Below, piece by piece: positions 30,430-40,673 of a stretch of 64,000 nucleotides of DNA; within the stretch, counting starts at the first letter, position 1, and every line of letters begins with the position of its first letter. Origin of the DNA: Elusimicrobia bacterium GWB2_63_16 (GTDB taxonomy: Bacteria; Elusimicrobiota; Elusimicrobia; Elusimicrobiales; UBA9959). The translations under genes and the position numbers were made by a program. The DNA lies in NCBI GenBank assembly GCA_001799715.1, contig MGTZ01000041.1, forward strand, positions 35,420-99,419. The letters run 5' to 3'. The notes beneath the pieces are model-generated. The model did no database searches. It had not been told where the DNA came from and saw nothing but the letters and a program-made list of their open reading frames with translations.

Positions 30430-31206
30430 ATGAAAAAGATCCTTACCCTGACCGTAGCTGCAGCGGCCCTCTTAGCCGGGCGAGCCTCCGCCCAGGATAT
30501 CAGCGACCCCCGGTATTTCGCGGTAGACGAAAAATCCATAATTATCGAAGAACTGAAAGGCGAAGCGATACCCCCGCTCGCGCCCATCGGCGCCGCTGCC
30601 CCCAAGCTGGACATAGGCGGCACTATAGACACGCTGAGCAATATCGTCAACCTTTTCGAGAAGATCTGGAACATCATCGAGAAGAATCAGCCGGTGGTGA
30701 ACATCACCACCAACTACGCCAACGCGGTGCCTTTCGGCACCAGCCACTGGAGCCAGCTGCAGGGCTGGAGCCGGCCCACCACCAAGAAGTACAGCTTTTC
30801 CATGAAGAACGGCTTCGGTTCGCAGGTGGTGAAGGTGGTTTACCAGCTGCACTATACCTATAAGGGGAATTTCCAGGGCAAGGGCAAGTTCCTTACCGGC
30901 GTCACCGTGGAACCCGTCAGCGTGACTACGGCCTGGGGCTACAAGGTCAGCCTGGTCTCCGAGGTGCCGGATTCCACCATCGCCAACGTGGGCACGCACG
31001 AGGACCCGGTGGCCTCCATGCAGGTGCAGCTGAAGTGGTCGGTGCACACCTCCGTGAAGGACATCTCTTCCAAGGCCATCTACTACGTGCAGGGCGACGG
31101 GCTGATGGAGGAGATCGGCACGCCTTTCAAGAACGCCCGCGACCAGCGCGAGGCTACCCGGCTGGAAACCGCCGGCCTGCAGCTCGTGAACGTCAGCTTC
31201 AACTAG
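30430..31206 (+). CDS. Secreted hypothetical protein
   Basis: RBS AGGAG, signal peptide, strong codon bias, terminator at 31221-31252. Confidence 0.85.
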   Translation: MKKILTLTVAAAALLAGRASAQDISDPRYFAVDEKSIIIEELKGEAIPPLAPIGAAAPKLDIGGTIDTLSNIVNLFEKIWNIIEKNQPVVNITTNYANAVPFGTSHWSQLQGWSRPTTKKYSFSMKNGFGSQVVKVVYQLHYTYKGNFQGKGKFLTGVTVEPVSVTTAWGYKVSLVSEVPDSTIANVGTHEDPVASMQVQLKWSVHTSVKDISSKAIYYVQGDGLMEEIGTPFKNARDQREATRLETAGLQLVNVSFN

Positions 31207-31297
31207 CCCGCGGCTCAAAGACCGGCCCCTGTAACAAGGGGCCGGTTTTTTTGTGTCCCGGCCGGACTTTTGTTAAATGGTAAAATAGGGTCCTCCC

Positions 31298-32893
31298 ATG
31301 GATGACCAGGAAATAGAGTTCAACGAGCAGTTCAGCCGCGCGCTGAACGTGCTGCAGCACGGCACCGGCAACGTCTTCGTTACCGGCAAGGCCGGCACCG
31401 GCAAGAGTACCCTGCTGCGCTATTTCCGCGCCCATACGGACAAGAAGATAGTGGTGCTGGCCCCCACCGGGGTGGCCGCGCTGAACGTGGCCGGCGAGAC
31501 CATCCATTCCTTCTTCCGCTTCAAGCCTGGCACCACTCCCGACAGGGTGCGGCGCGCCCGCAAGCGCGACGCCGAGCTGTACAAGGCGCTCGACGCCATC
31601 GTGATAGACGAGGCCTCCATGGTGCGCGCCGACCTGCTGGACTGCGTGGACGCCTTCATGCGCCTCAACGGCCGCGACCCGGGCAAGCCATTCGGCGGGG
31701 CGCAACTGGCGCTGTTCGGGGACCTCTACCAGCTGCCGCCGGTGGTGACAGGCTCCGAGCGCGACTTGTTCCGCACCTACTACCCCGGCCCCTATTTCTT
31801 CAACGCGCGGGTCTTCGCCCAGGCCTCTATAGAATACCTGGAACTGGAGAAGATCTACCGCCAGCGGGACCAGAACTTCATCGAGATACTCAACGCCATC
31901 CGCAACAACCGCGTGAGCCCCGCCCAGCTGGAATTGCTGAACCGGCGCGTGGGCGCCGACGTGGAGAGCGCCGGCCGAGGCATCGTGGTGCGGCTGCTCA
32001 CCACCAACGCCGACGCGGCGGAGATCAATAACGAGCGCCTGCGGGCCATAGACGGCCGGGCGCAGGTCTACAAGGCCGGGATCGCCGGTGAGTTCTCCCG
32101 CGACTCCTACCCGGCCGACGAGGAGCTGCACCTGAAGGCCGGCGCGCAGGTGATGCTGCTCAACAACGACCCCGACGGCCGCTGGGTGAACGGCACCATG
32201 GCCGTGCTGCAGGATATCATGAAGGGCCGGCCCGGCGCCGAGGACGTGATACACGTGCGCCTGGCCGACGGCTCGGTGGAGCCGGTGGAGCAGCACGCCT
32301 GGGAGCTCTTTCATTTCGCTTTCGACGCGGCCGCGGGCAAGATCAAAGCCGAGACGGCCGGCACGTTCAGGCAGTTCCCGCTCAAGCTGGCCTGGGGCAT
32401 AACGATACACAAGAGCCAGGGCAAGACCTTCGAGCGCGCCGTCATAGACCTGGGCCGCCGCGCCTTCGCCGCCGGGCAGACCTACGTGGCGCTCTCGCGC
32501 TGCACCGCGCTGGAGGGCCTGTCGCTGGCGCGGGCGGTGCGCCCGTCGGACGTGATGACCGACTGGCGCATAGTGCGCTACGTCACCGGCCACCAGTACG
32601 GCGCCAGCGAACAGCTGATGCCCGCGGCCGACAAGATACGGCTGATAGAGCGCGCCATCGCCGAGGGACGCTGCCTGGAACTCACCTACCTGAAGGCCAC
32701 CGACGAGAAGAGCCGCCGCCTGGTGCGGCCGGTGAGCGTGGGGGACTGCGCCTACCAGAAGACCAAATTCAAAGGCTTGGTGGCGGACTGTCTTGCCCGC
32801 GGCCAGCGCCGCACCTTCAGGGTGGACCGCATACTGGAGCTGAAGGCCGCCGACGCCGGCGAAAAAAAGCAGGAAGATACGGGGGACTTATGA
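31298..32893 (+). CDS. PIF1-family (SF1B) helicase with C-terminal WYL domain
   Basis: GKAGTGKS, DEASM, GDLYQLPPV, QFPLKLAWGITIHKSQG, YVALSR; C-terminal AIAEGRCLELTY...RRTFRVDRI. Confidence 0.93.
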   Translation: MDDQEIEFNEQFSRALNVLQHGTGNVFVTGKAGTGKSTLLRYFRAHTDKKIVVLAPTGVAALNVAGETIHSFFRFKPGTTPDRVRRARKRDAELYKALDAIVIDEASMVRADLLDCVDAFMRLNGRDPGKPFGGAQLALFGDLYQLPPVVTGSERDLFRTYYPGPYFFNARVFAQASIEYLELEKIYRQRDQNFIEILNAIRNNRVSPAQLELLNRRVGADVESAGRGIVVRLLTTNADAAEINNERLRAIDGRAQVYKAGIAGEFSRDSYPADEELHLKAGAQVMLLNNDPDGRWVNGTMAVLQDIMKGRPGAEDVIHVRLADGSVEPVEQHAWELFHFAFDAAAGKIKAETAGTFRQFPLKLAWGITIHKSQGKTFERAVIDLGRRAFAAGQTYVALSRCTALEGLSLARAVRPSDVMTDWRIVRYVTGHQYGASEQLMPAADKIRLIERAIAEGRCLELTYLKATDEKSRRLVRPVSVGDCAYQKTKFKGLVADCLARGQRRTFRVDRILELKAADAGEKKQEDTGDL

Positions 32894-33564
32894 GAGGACT
32901 TTTACTTTGCGCCGCACTGCTGCTGGGCGCCCTGCCCGCCGCGGCCGGCACGGTGCTGTTCGTGGGCGATTCGCATTCGGTAGGGCCTTTCGGCTGGAAG
33001 CTGGACGCGCTGCTGCGCGAGGCGGGCCACCGCACCGCCACCTACGCCTCCTGCGGCTCCATAGCGCAGTGGTGGGTGACCGGCAAGCCCACGCCCTGCG
33101 GCTACTTCTTCCGCGACCTGGCCGGCGAAACTCAGAAAGGGCAGAAAGGCCCCACGCCCATCTTCGCGGACCTGCTCGCCAAGGTCAAGCCGGACGCGGT
33201 GATAGTGGAGCTCGGGGCCAATTACGCCGGCAACCCGTCCGACGAGTTCGCCGTGAAGGACATGGGTGCCCTGGCCGACGCTATTCTGGCCTCCGGCGCC
33301 TCCTGCCTGTGGGTGACCAAGCCCGACTCGCGCAAGAACCACTCTGACATACCGCGCATACTGGAGCTCACCTATAAGGCCGCGGAGGGTAAATGCCCGG
33401 TCTTCGACAGCACGCTGGTCACCAAGTACCCGGAGACCGGCGGGGACGGCATACATTACTGGTTCAAGGAAGGCCTGCCCATCGCCGACGCCTGGGCCGC
33501 CAGAGTTTACGAGTGGGCCGCCCCGCAGCTGCCGGCAAGACCCGCTCCCGCGCCGGCGCGCTAG
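32890..33564 (+). CDS. Secreted SGNH/GDSL hydrolase
   Basis: FVGDSH, LGAN, DGIH. Confidence 0.85.
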   Translation: MRGLLLCAALLLGALPAAAGTVLFVGDSHSVGPFGWKLDALLREAGHRTATYASCGSIAQWWVTGKPTPCGYFFRDLAGETQKGQKGPTPIFADLLAKVKPDAVIVELGANYAGNPSDEFAVKDMGALADAILASGASCLWVTKPDSRKNHSDIPRILELTYKAAEGKCPVFDSTLVTKYPETGGDGIHYWFKEGLPIADAWAARVYEWAAPQLPARPAPAPAR

Positions 33565-33622
33565 CGTCGGCACAAATAAAAAAAGCGCGGCCAGTGGCCG
33601 CGCTTTTTTGCGCCCCGGGGCG

Positions 33623-33868
33623 CTAGATATAGCCTTTGAAGTTCAGCAGGACTATCAGCATGAAAAGGATGGAGGCGGCGCCTACGCCTATCAGTATGGC
33701 GCCTATCAACCGCCCGGCCTTTTGCGCGCCGGTGGGCGCGGGGGCCTCCGCCCCTTCGGCGGCGGGAGCCGGCGAGAATTTTCTGCGCAGCAGCACGCCC
33801 ACCGCTATGGGGACGAAGGGTACGGCCAGCAGCAGTATGGCCTCGAGCAGGTAGCCCAGGTCGGTCAT
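33623..33868 (-). CDS. Small 2-TM membrane protein
   Basis: Two hydrophobic segments; ATGA overlap with the upstream gene. Confidence 0.7.
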   Translation of the reverse strand: MTDLGYLLEAILLLAVPFVPIAVGVLLRRKFSPAPAAEGAEAPAPTGAQKAGRLIGAILIGVGAASILFMLIVLLNFKGYI

Positions 33869-35325
33869 GGCTCAGGTACCTCCCTGCCGTCCCGGTAGCA
33901 GACCTTCTTGCCGGCCACGTAGCCGGGGGTGGTGGCTTCCTGGTTGCCCATCAGGCGCGTCAGGCCGGGCAGGCGGCCCGGCACCAGGCCGAAAGTGCGG
34001 TAGCCGCAGACCACGGTGCCGCGCATCTGCAGGCTGGTGTCGCGCGACAGGTCCGCGTTCCAGGTCTTCTCCCACTGTTCCCTGGCCTGCGCCGCGGGCA
34101 CGCCGTCCATGCGGTCCTGGAAATAAGGCAGGCTGAAATAGAGCAGCCGGCGCGCGGCCATGGAAATGCCCACCGCGGGATTTACCGAGGCGCCGCCGAT
34201 GGAGGCCGTGTTGCAGCCGGAGAACTGTACCACGCCGCCGCGGGCCATCTTGCCCTTGAGCATGGCGGCGGCGGAGTCCGGGTCGTAGGCGTCGTCGCCG
34301 ACGGTCTGCATGCCGGGCGAACCGTGGCCGTAAAGGGTTATCCTGGAGATGGAGCCGTCGGGCAGCTGACGGATGGCGGCTTCGGCGTCGCGGGCCTTGC
34401 GGAAGGTCAGCGGCTCGGGGCGGCCGGCCACCTGCACGGTGATGCCGTAGGCGTCCGAGGTCCACGCTGTTGACTTTTTCTGCGCCGCGGTTCCCGGCAG
34501 CGGGGCCGGAACTGAAGATTTTACTGCGGGGGTGGCCGGTATGCGCTGCGGAGATGCTGCGCCGGCGCTTTTGTTCGCCAGGGCGCCGGTCCGGCCGGTC
34601 AAGCCGGAGACGGCGGTGTTGGCTGCGGGGATATCGTGCCGGCCGGCCGCTGCCTGGACGGGAGTGACGTCGCCGGTGGCCGTGGAGCCGTCGAAAGCTT
34701 TGGCCAGGTTGCCGCTTACCGAGCCGCCTAGCCGGCCGGTGACGCCCTGCAGGGTGCTGTTCACCGCGCCTTTCGGGATCTCGTTCCTGGCGGGGTCGGC
34801 CTTAACCGCGGCCTGCCGCTGCAGCGAGACCGCGGCGCGCAAGGAGCCAAGGTCGGCTATGGCCTCCGGGGTAAGGTAAGGCTGCAGGGCGGCCCTGTCC
34901 CCGGCGTCCAGCCCTTCGGCCGCCGCTTTCTTTATCATCGCCCTGCTAACCGAAAGTTTTTTCTTGAAGGCCTCCGCTTTGGTCTGGCCCAACCACAGTT
35001 TGACGGCCGCTATGTCCGCATCCTTCACCCCGGCGGCGTAGCCGTTCAGTTCCTGCGTATTCCAGGGCTTCATCGCGGTCTCGTAATAAACGGTCATCGC
35101 GGCCAGGCGCTCGCCGGCCGGCTGGCGGGCTTCGCCGAGCAACCGGGTCTGCTCGAGGGGGGGCAGGGCGGTCCAGGTCTCGCGGGTGTAGGCTTCGCTC
35201 TCGGTGAACAGGGCGAACTCAGGCCTGAAATCCTGGTGTTTCCACTCCACCGCTTCCTGGGCAAAAGCCGCTCCGCCGGCCAGGGCCAGCAGCAGCAGCG
35301 AGATAAGGAAACGGGGCGCCTTCAT
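33865..35325 (-). CDS. Secreted protein with C-terminal DUF4347/caspase-like His-Cys domain
   Basis: Signal peptide; ITLYGHGSPG ... QFSGCNT; promoter TTGACA-N16-TAGACT. Confidence 0.7.
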   Translation of the reverse strand: MKAPRFLISLLLLALAGGAAFAQEAVEWKHQDFRPEFALFTESEAYTRETWTALPPLEQTRLLGEARQPAGERLAAMTVYYETAMKPWNTQELNGYAAGVKDADIAAVKLWLGQTKAEAFKKKLSVSRAMIKKAAAEGLDAGDRAALQPYLTPEAIADLGSLRAAVSLQRQAAVKADPARNEIPKGAVNSTLQGVTGRLGGSVSGNLAKAFDGSTATGDVTPVQAAAGRHDIPAANTAVSGLTGRTGALANKSAGAASPQRIPATPAVKSSVPAPLPGTAAQKKSTAWTSDAYGITVQVAGRPEPLTFRKARDAEAAIRQLPDGSISRITLYGHGSPGMQTVGDDAYDPDSAAAMLKGKMARGGVVQFSGCNTASIGGASVNPAVGISMAARRLLYFSLPYFQDRMDGVPAAQAREQWEKTWNADLSRDTSLQMRGTVVCGYRTFGLVPGRLPGLTRLMGNQEATTPGYVAGKKVCYRDGREVPEP

Positions 35326-35342
35326 AGGTAATATAGTCTACC

Positions 35343-36059
35343 TCATACCGGCGGGTTGTCAAGGGCGGGCGGCGCGGAGGGCGCGGCGTTCGCGCTTAGG
35401 CCGTACCTGACGTAGATCTCGCGCACGCAGTCGGCGTAGGGTTTGCGCTTCTCGGGGGTGAAATCACGGTAGACCAGCTCCACGGCCCGGCCGGCGCCGA
35501 ACATGGCGTGGTCTATGGGGAACAGCGCCTCGCTGCCGGCGGGCAGGAATTCCTTCTTCATCTCCAGGCGCAGGCCCCAGCCGGCCAGCAGCGACAGGCA
35601 GTACACCCATTTCTGCGTGGCCTTGTTGAAGATCTTGAGCACCGGGCCGGGGTTCTTGGCAGTGTTGGGGCGCATCTCCCAGGTCTGGCCCGGGGCGTCG
35701 CCGGCGGCGGCCATCAGCTCGGCCCAGAATTCGCGGAAAGCCTCGGCGGACTTGGGGTAGCGCACGGCGATATGCTTTACGAACTTCTCGAACTCCTCTC
35801 GGATCAGCGCCGGGTCGGTCTTCACCGTTTTGGCCCGCTCCCGGTTCTCCTCCTCGAGCTTCAGGCGGGTGACCAGGTCGCGCAGGGCGGCGGTCTCGGC
35901 CTCCGTGGCGGGGGCCAGGTACTGGGATTTGAAGGTCATGCGTTCGCCGGCCAGCGGCTGCACGGTGATATTCTCGCCGGCCACCTTCACCACCACGCCG
36001 AGGGCTTTGTTGATGGTATTGCGCACCGGCGCGTAAATTTCAAAGGTCGTGGGTTCCAT
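35343..36059 (-). CDS. Hypothetical protein (SH3-like N-terminus)
   Basis: Genome-typical codon usage from ATG 36059; RBS AGGGG. Confidence 0.7.
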   Translation of the reverse strand: MEPTTFEIYAPVRNTINKALGVVVKVAGENITVQPLAGERMTFKSQYLAPATEAETAALRDLVTRLKLEEENRERAKTVKTDPALIREEFEKFVKHIAVRYPKSAEAFREFWAELMAAAGDAPGQTWEMRPNTAKNPGPVLKIFNKATQKWVYCLSLLAGWGLRLEMKKEFLPAGSEALFPIDHAMFGAGRAVELVYRDFTPEKRKPYADCVREIYVRYGLSANAAPSAPPALDNPPV

Positions 36060-36081
36060 AGCCCCTAATTCTACAAAAATC

Positions 36082-36105
36082 CCTATCGGGGCTTCGCCTC
36101 GATAG
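36082..36105. repeat. REP-like palindrome (copy 2, inverted)
   Basis: CTATCGGGGC-TTC-GCCTCGATAG. Confidence 0.7.
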
Positions 36106-36109
36106 CAAC

Positions 36110-36143
36110 CCGACAAGCCCTTGACGGGGTGGCCTGCTAGGAT
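36110..36143 (+). promoter_or_regulatory. Putative WYL-activator (-26) promoter of radC
   Basis: CCGACA-N6-TGACGG-N10-TAGGAT. Confidence 0.7.
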
Positions 36144-36173
36144 ATATCGGGGCCGAAAGGCGAAGGGGGGATT

Positions 36174-36848
36174 ATGAGAGGAGCAGGAACCATACAGGAC
36201 ATGCCGAGGGTGGAGCGCCCGCGCGAGAAGATCATGCGCTACGGGCCGGAGAAACTCTCCGACGAGGAGCTGCTGGCAGTGCTGCTGCGCACGGGCACGC
36301 GGGGAACTGGCGTGCTGGACCTGGCCGGCGAGCTGCTGCGGAAATTCGGCCGCGGGGATATCGCCAAGGCCGGCTTCGCCGAGCTGCGGGCCGCTCACGG
36401 CCTGGGTCCCGCCCGGGCTTGCGAGATATTAGCCGCCTTCGAACTGGGCCGCCGCTACCTCAACGGCAAGAAGGCGGGCATCTACCTCAAGCCGCGCGAT
36501 ATCTGGGAGGAATTGCGCGACATCCGCGACCAGAAGAAGGAGCATTTCATCGTGTTCTATCTCGACACGCGCAACCAGGAGATCAAGCGGGACATCGTTT
36601 CCATCGGCACGCTGAACTATAACCTGGTGCACCCGCGCGAGGTGTTCGAGCCGGCGGTGAAGAACCTGGCGGCCAGCGTGATAGTGGCGCATAACCACCC
36701 GTCGGGCTGCCTGGAGCCCTCGGACGAGGACCTGAGCCTCACCAAACGCCTCTCGCAGGCGGGCAAGCTGCTGGGCATAGAACTGCTGGACCACGTGATA
36801 GTGACGCGGGAGGGCTTCATGAGTTTCAAGCAGAAAGGGCTGATGTAG
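36174..36848 (+). CDS. radC: RadC (JAB domain) protein
   Basis: RPREK, ELLAVLLRTG, VHPREVF, HNHPSG, LLDHVI. Confidence 0.96.
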   Translation: MRGAGTIQDMPRVERPREKIMRYGPEKLSDEELLAVLLRTGTRGTGVLDLAGELLRKFGRGDIAKAGFAELRAAHGLGPARACEILAAFELGRRYLNGKKAGIYLKPRDIWEELRDIRDQKKEHFIVFYLDTRNQEIKRDIVSIGTLNYNLVHPREVFEPAVKNLAASVIVAHNHPSGCLEPSDEDLSLTKRLSQAGKLLGIELLDHVIVTREGFMSFKQKGLM

Positions 36849-36935
36849 GGGCGGCCCCTGCCGACGGCGCAGTGGCCCGCCAGGCCGGCTTTTTTATATC
36901 CTATACCGGAGCAGCAGGATTTTCCGGAGGATATA

Positions 36936-39239
36936 ATGAGCGACGCATACGTAACCAAGATCTCTGGCGAGCTGGGGCTGAACCCCGCCGGCGTGGCCGC
37001 AGTCATGACCCTGTTCAAGGAAGACGCCACCATCCCTTTCATCGCCCGCTACCGCAAGGAGGCCACCGGGAACCTCGACGAGGTGGCCATCGGCAAGATT
37101 CAGGAGCGCCTGGAGCAGCTCAGAGAACTGGACACCCGCCGCGAGGCCATCCTGAAGTCGCTCACCGAGCGGAACCTGCTCACCGAGGAACTCAAGGCCA
37201 AAATTGAGGCAGCCCAAGTGCTCTCCAAGCTGGAAGACATCTACCTGCCCTTCCGCCCCAAGCGCCGCACCCGCGCCACCATAGCCAAGGAAAAGGGCCT
37301 GGAGCCGCTGGCCGACAAGATCTACGAGCAGGGCAATGAAGACCCCGCCGCGCTGGCCGCCCCTTTTATCAGCGAGGAGAAGGGCGTGAAGACCGCCGCG
37401 GAGGCCCTGGCCGGCGCCCGCGACATCATAGCCGAGCGCGTCAGCGAGGACGAGGGCGCCCGCGCCCGCCTGCGCCAGCTCTTCGCCCAGAAAGGCGTTT
37501 TCCATTCCAAGGTGCTGACCGGCAAAGAGGCCGAGGGCGCCAAGTTCAAGGACTATTTCGACTGGAAAGAGCCGGCCGCCAAGGCCCCGTCCCACCGCAT
37601 TCTGGCCATGCGCCGCGGCGAGACCGAAGGTTTCCTCTCCATGCGCATAGAGGTGGAGGCCGAGGAGGCCATAGCCCTGCTGGAGCCGCTGTTCGTGCAG
37701 AACGGCGGCGCCTGCGGCCTGCAGGTCAAAGAGGCCGTGACCGACGCCTATAACCGGCTGCTCGCCATCTCCATGGAAGGCGAGGCCCGCCTGGAGACCA
37801 AGAAGCGCGCCGACGCCGAGGCCATAGGCGTGTTCGCCCGAAACCTGCGCGAGATCCTCATGAGCTCGCCGCTCGGGCACAAGAATATCCTGGCGCTGGA
37901 CCCCGGCTTCCGCACCGGCTGCAAGCTGGTCTGCCTGGACAGCAACGGCAAGCTGATCCACGACGACGTGATCTACCCGCATACCGGTGACGGCCAGGCC
38001 GCCTCCGCCGCGGAGAAGGTGAAGAAACTCGCCGCCCAGTTCAAGACCGAGGTCATCGCCATAGGCAACGGCACCGCCGGCCGCGAGACCGAGGAGTTCG
38101 CCCGCGGTCTTAAACTCGAGGGCGTCATCATAGTCATGGTCAATGAGAGCGGCGCTTCGGTGTACTCGGCTTCCGAAGTGGCCCGCAACGAATTCCCGGA
38201 CAAGGACGTGACCGTGCGCGGCGCCGTATCCATCGGCCGCCGCCTGATGGACCCGCTGGCCGAACTGGTGAAGATAGACCCCAAGAGCATCGGCGTGGGG
38301 CAGTACCAGCACGACGTGGACCAGAACGGCCTCAAGAAGAGCCTGGACGCCACCGTGGAGAGCTGCGTCAACAGCGTGGGCGTGGAAGTGAACACAGCCA
38401 GCCGTGAGCTGCTCAGCTACGTCTCCGGCCTGAACGCGGCGCTGGCCAAGAACATCGTGGAATTCCGCAACGAGAACGGGGCTTTCCCGAGCCGAAGCGC
38501 GCTGAAGAAAGTGCCCCGCCTCGGCCCCAAGGCTTTCGAGCAGGCCGCCGGCTTCCTGCGCCTCTCCGCCGGCAAGAACCCGCTGGACGCCAGCGCCGTG
38601 CATCCCGAGCGCTACGAGATAGTGGAGAAGATGGCCGCCGACCTGGGCTGCTCCGTGCAGGACCTGATGGACAAGGCCGAGCTGCGCTCGAAGATCGACA
38701 TCAAGAAATATATCTCCGACGGCGTGGGCGAGCCCACCCTCAGGGACATCCTGGCCGAGCTGGCCAAGCCCGGCCGCGACCCGCGCAAGCAGTTCGAGGC
38801 TTTCGTCTTCGGCGAGGCGCAGAAGATAGGCGACCTCAAGCCCGGCCAGAAACTGCCCGGCATAGTGACCAACGTGGCCGCCTTCGGCGCCTTCGTGGAC
38901 ATCGGCGTGCACCAGGACGGCCTGGTGCATATCAGCGAGCTGGCCGACCGCTACGTGCAGGACGCCGCCGCGGTGGTGAAGGTGGGGCAGCGCGTCAGCG
39001 TGACGGTGATAGACGTGGACCTGCCGCGCAACCGCATAGCCCTTTCCATGAAGTCCAACCCGCTGGTCGGGCCCCGCGAGAGCCGCGGCCCCCGCCAGGA
39101 GCCGGCGCAGGCCCCGGCCGGTCCCAGGCCCGGCTTCGACCGCAACCGCAGGCCCGACAACCGCCCGCGCCAGGCCGAGGCCCCGCAGGGTTCCATGGCC
39201 GAGGCCCTGAAAGCCTTCATGGACAAGCGCCGCAACTAA
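36936..39239 (+). CDS. tex: Tex RNA-binding transcriptional accessory protein
   Basis: TIPFIARYRKEATG, DPGFRTGCK, DPKSIGVGQYQHD, C-terminal S1 domain. Confidence 0.96.
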   Translation: MSDAYVTKISGELGLNPAGVAAVMTLFKEDATIPFIARYRKEATGNLDEVAIGKIQERLEQLRELDTRREAILKSLTERNLLTEELKAKIEAAQVLSKLEDIYLPFRPKRRTRATIAKEKGLEPLADKIYEQGNEDPAALAAPFISEEKGVKTAAEALAGARDIIAERVSEDEGARARLRQLFAQKGVFHSKVLTGKEAEGAKFKDYFDWKEPAAKAPSHRILAMRRGETEGFLSMRIEVEAEEAIALLEPLFVQNGGACGLQVKEAVTDAYNRLLAISMEGEARLETKKRADAEAIGVFARNLREILMSSPLGHKNILALDPGFRTGCKLVCLDSNGKLIHDDVIYPHTGDGQAASAAEKVKKLAAQFKTEVIAIGNGTAGRETEEFARGLKLEGVIIVMVNESGASVYSASEVARNEFPDKDVTVRGAVSIGRRLMDPLAELVKIDPKSIGVGQYQHDVDQNGLKKSLDATVESCVNSVGVEVNTASRELLSYVSGLNAALAKNIVEFRNENGAFPSRSALKKVPRLGPKAFEQAAGFLRLSAGKNPLDASAVHPERYEIVEKMAADLGCSVQDLMDKAELRSKIDIKKYISDGVGEPTLRDILAELAKPGRDPRKQFEAFVFGEAQKIGDLKPGQKLPGIVTNVAAFGAFVDIGVHQDGLVHISELADRYVQDAAAVVKVGQRVSVTVIDVDLPRNRIALSMKSNPLVGPRESRGPRQEPAQAPAGPRPGFDRNRRPDNRPRQAEAPQGSMAEALKAFMDKRRN

Positions 39240-39240
39240 T

Positions 39241-39261
39241 TATCGAGGCGAAGCCTCGATA
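39241..39261. repeat. REP-like palindrome (copy 3)
   Basis: TATCGAGGC-GAA-GCCTCGATA right after the tex stop, followed by a terminator at 39265-39294. Confidence 0.75.
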
Positions 39262-39384
39262 GACGGACGCCCGCGAGAGCGGGCGTCTTTTTTTGCTGGG
39301 TATATAGGGCCCAGGCGGGTAGGCCCTTTAGGCCTTGCCGATTTGCGGGGGGGCTGTTAGACTATAACCATGAAAGGGACTTTT

Positions 39385-40650
39385 ATGAAAAAACTCATCC
39401 TCACCATCACTGCGTCGCTCGCTCTCGCGGCCTCCGGTTACTCCGGGGATTTCGGCCTCGAGTCGCTCAGCGTCTCCGACCTGAAGGCCTCGCAGGAGAA
39501 CCTGGCGCTCAGCGTGCCGGCTCCCGAGGACATCGAGGGGATCACCAAGTCGCCCAATCTGCCTTCCCCTTTCCTGGACCTGACGATCAAACTGCCCTTC
39601 TCCTCGCTGAGCTCGCGCCTCGCGGAGCTGCCGGGCGTAAAGATACTGCCCATCAACCCCGGCGCCCCGATACTCTTCAAGCAGGCCGACCACATCGCCT
39701 TCAGCAACGTGGCCGTGAACTATAACGGCATCGAGGTGGAGCCCACCATCCTCATCAAGCCCGCTTTCGAGGGCCTCAACAAGCTCTCCATAAAGGTGAT
39801 GAAGGTGGAGGCCGACGTAGCCTTCGGCCCCGCCAAGGCCCTGCCCGCCGAGCTGGACAAGGACGGCCTGATGGAAATGGTGATGACCAACCTCACCACC
39901 GGCATGCTGGAGAGCATGGACGCGGCCTTCGCCAAGAACAAGGTGAACCTGCGCGCCAAAGACGTGCTGGTATTCGCCTATGACCGCCGCAGCTGGACGC
40001 TGCGCGCCACCGTGAACCCCAATTTCATAGCGCCGCTGATGCCCGGCCTGATCAGCAACGTCAGCCTCTCCAACTTCAGCTTCGACGCCGAGGGCTTCGC
40101 TCTCAGCGTGAAGACCGGCTCCGTCAACGCCGCCCAGCTGGCCGGCTACAACCTGACGCTGTCCGACGGCCTGCTGGACAACTTTATCAACCAGTTCACG
40201 CAGGGCACCGACTTCACCTTCCACCCCCAGGGCAAGGAAGGCGGCCTGAAGTTCCGCGCGGACGGCCGCCTGGAGATAGCCGGCAAGATCTACGCCCGCG
40301 ACGTGTTCGGCAAGCCCAACGTCTACTTCAAGGCGACCATCCTGGCCGAGTGCATAGGGCCCAACACACTGCGCGTGAAAGTGGAGCGCGTGGACGTGGA
40401 CAAGGCCTACGGCATCGGCATCCCCGGCTTCATCAACAACTGGATACAGGGCAAGGTCATCCGCTCCATCACCGAGACGCTGGTGAGCAACCCGGCCCTG
40501 GCCAAGGTGATGACCGCCAGCAAGATCGACGACAAGACCGTGCGCATAGTGCTCAAGAACAGCGCTTTCATGCCCTCCTTCGCCAAGGGCTCCGTGATAC
40601 AGAGACTTAAGATCACCAACGGCCTGCTGTACCTCGGCTTCGACCTGTGA
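39385..40650 (+). CDS. Secreted hypothetical protein (two-domain paralog of the next gene)
   Basis: Signal peptide; N-terminal half aligns by eye with 40674-41426. Confidence 0.85.
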   Translation: MKKLILTITASLALAASGYSGDFGLESLSVSDLKASQENLALSVPAPEDIEGITKSPNLPSPFLDLTIKLPFSSLSSRLAELPGVKILPINPGAPILFKQADHIAFSNVAVNYNGIEVEPTILIKPAFEGLNKLSIKVMKVEADVAFGPAKALPAELDKDGLMEMVMTNLTTGMLESMDAAFAKNKVNLRAKDVLVFAYDRRSWTLRATVNPNFIAPLMPGLISNVSLSNFSFDAEGFALSVKTGSVNAAQLAGYNLTLSDGLLDNFINQFTQGTDFTFHPQGKEGGLKFRADGRLEIAGKIYARDVFGKPNVYFKATILAECIGPNTLRVKVERVDVDKAYGIGIPGFINNWIQGKVIRSITETLVSNPALAKVMTASKIDDKTVRIVLKNSAFMPSFAKGSVIQRLKITNGLLYLGFDL

Positions 40651-40673
40651 GCGGCAGCGTAAGAGGAAAATTT

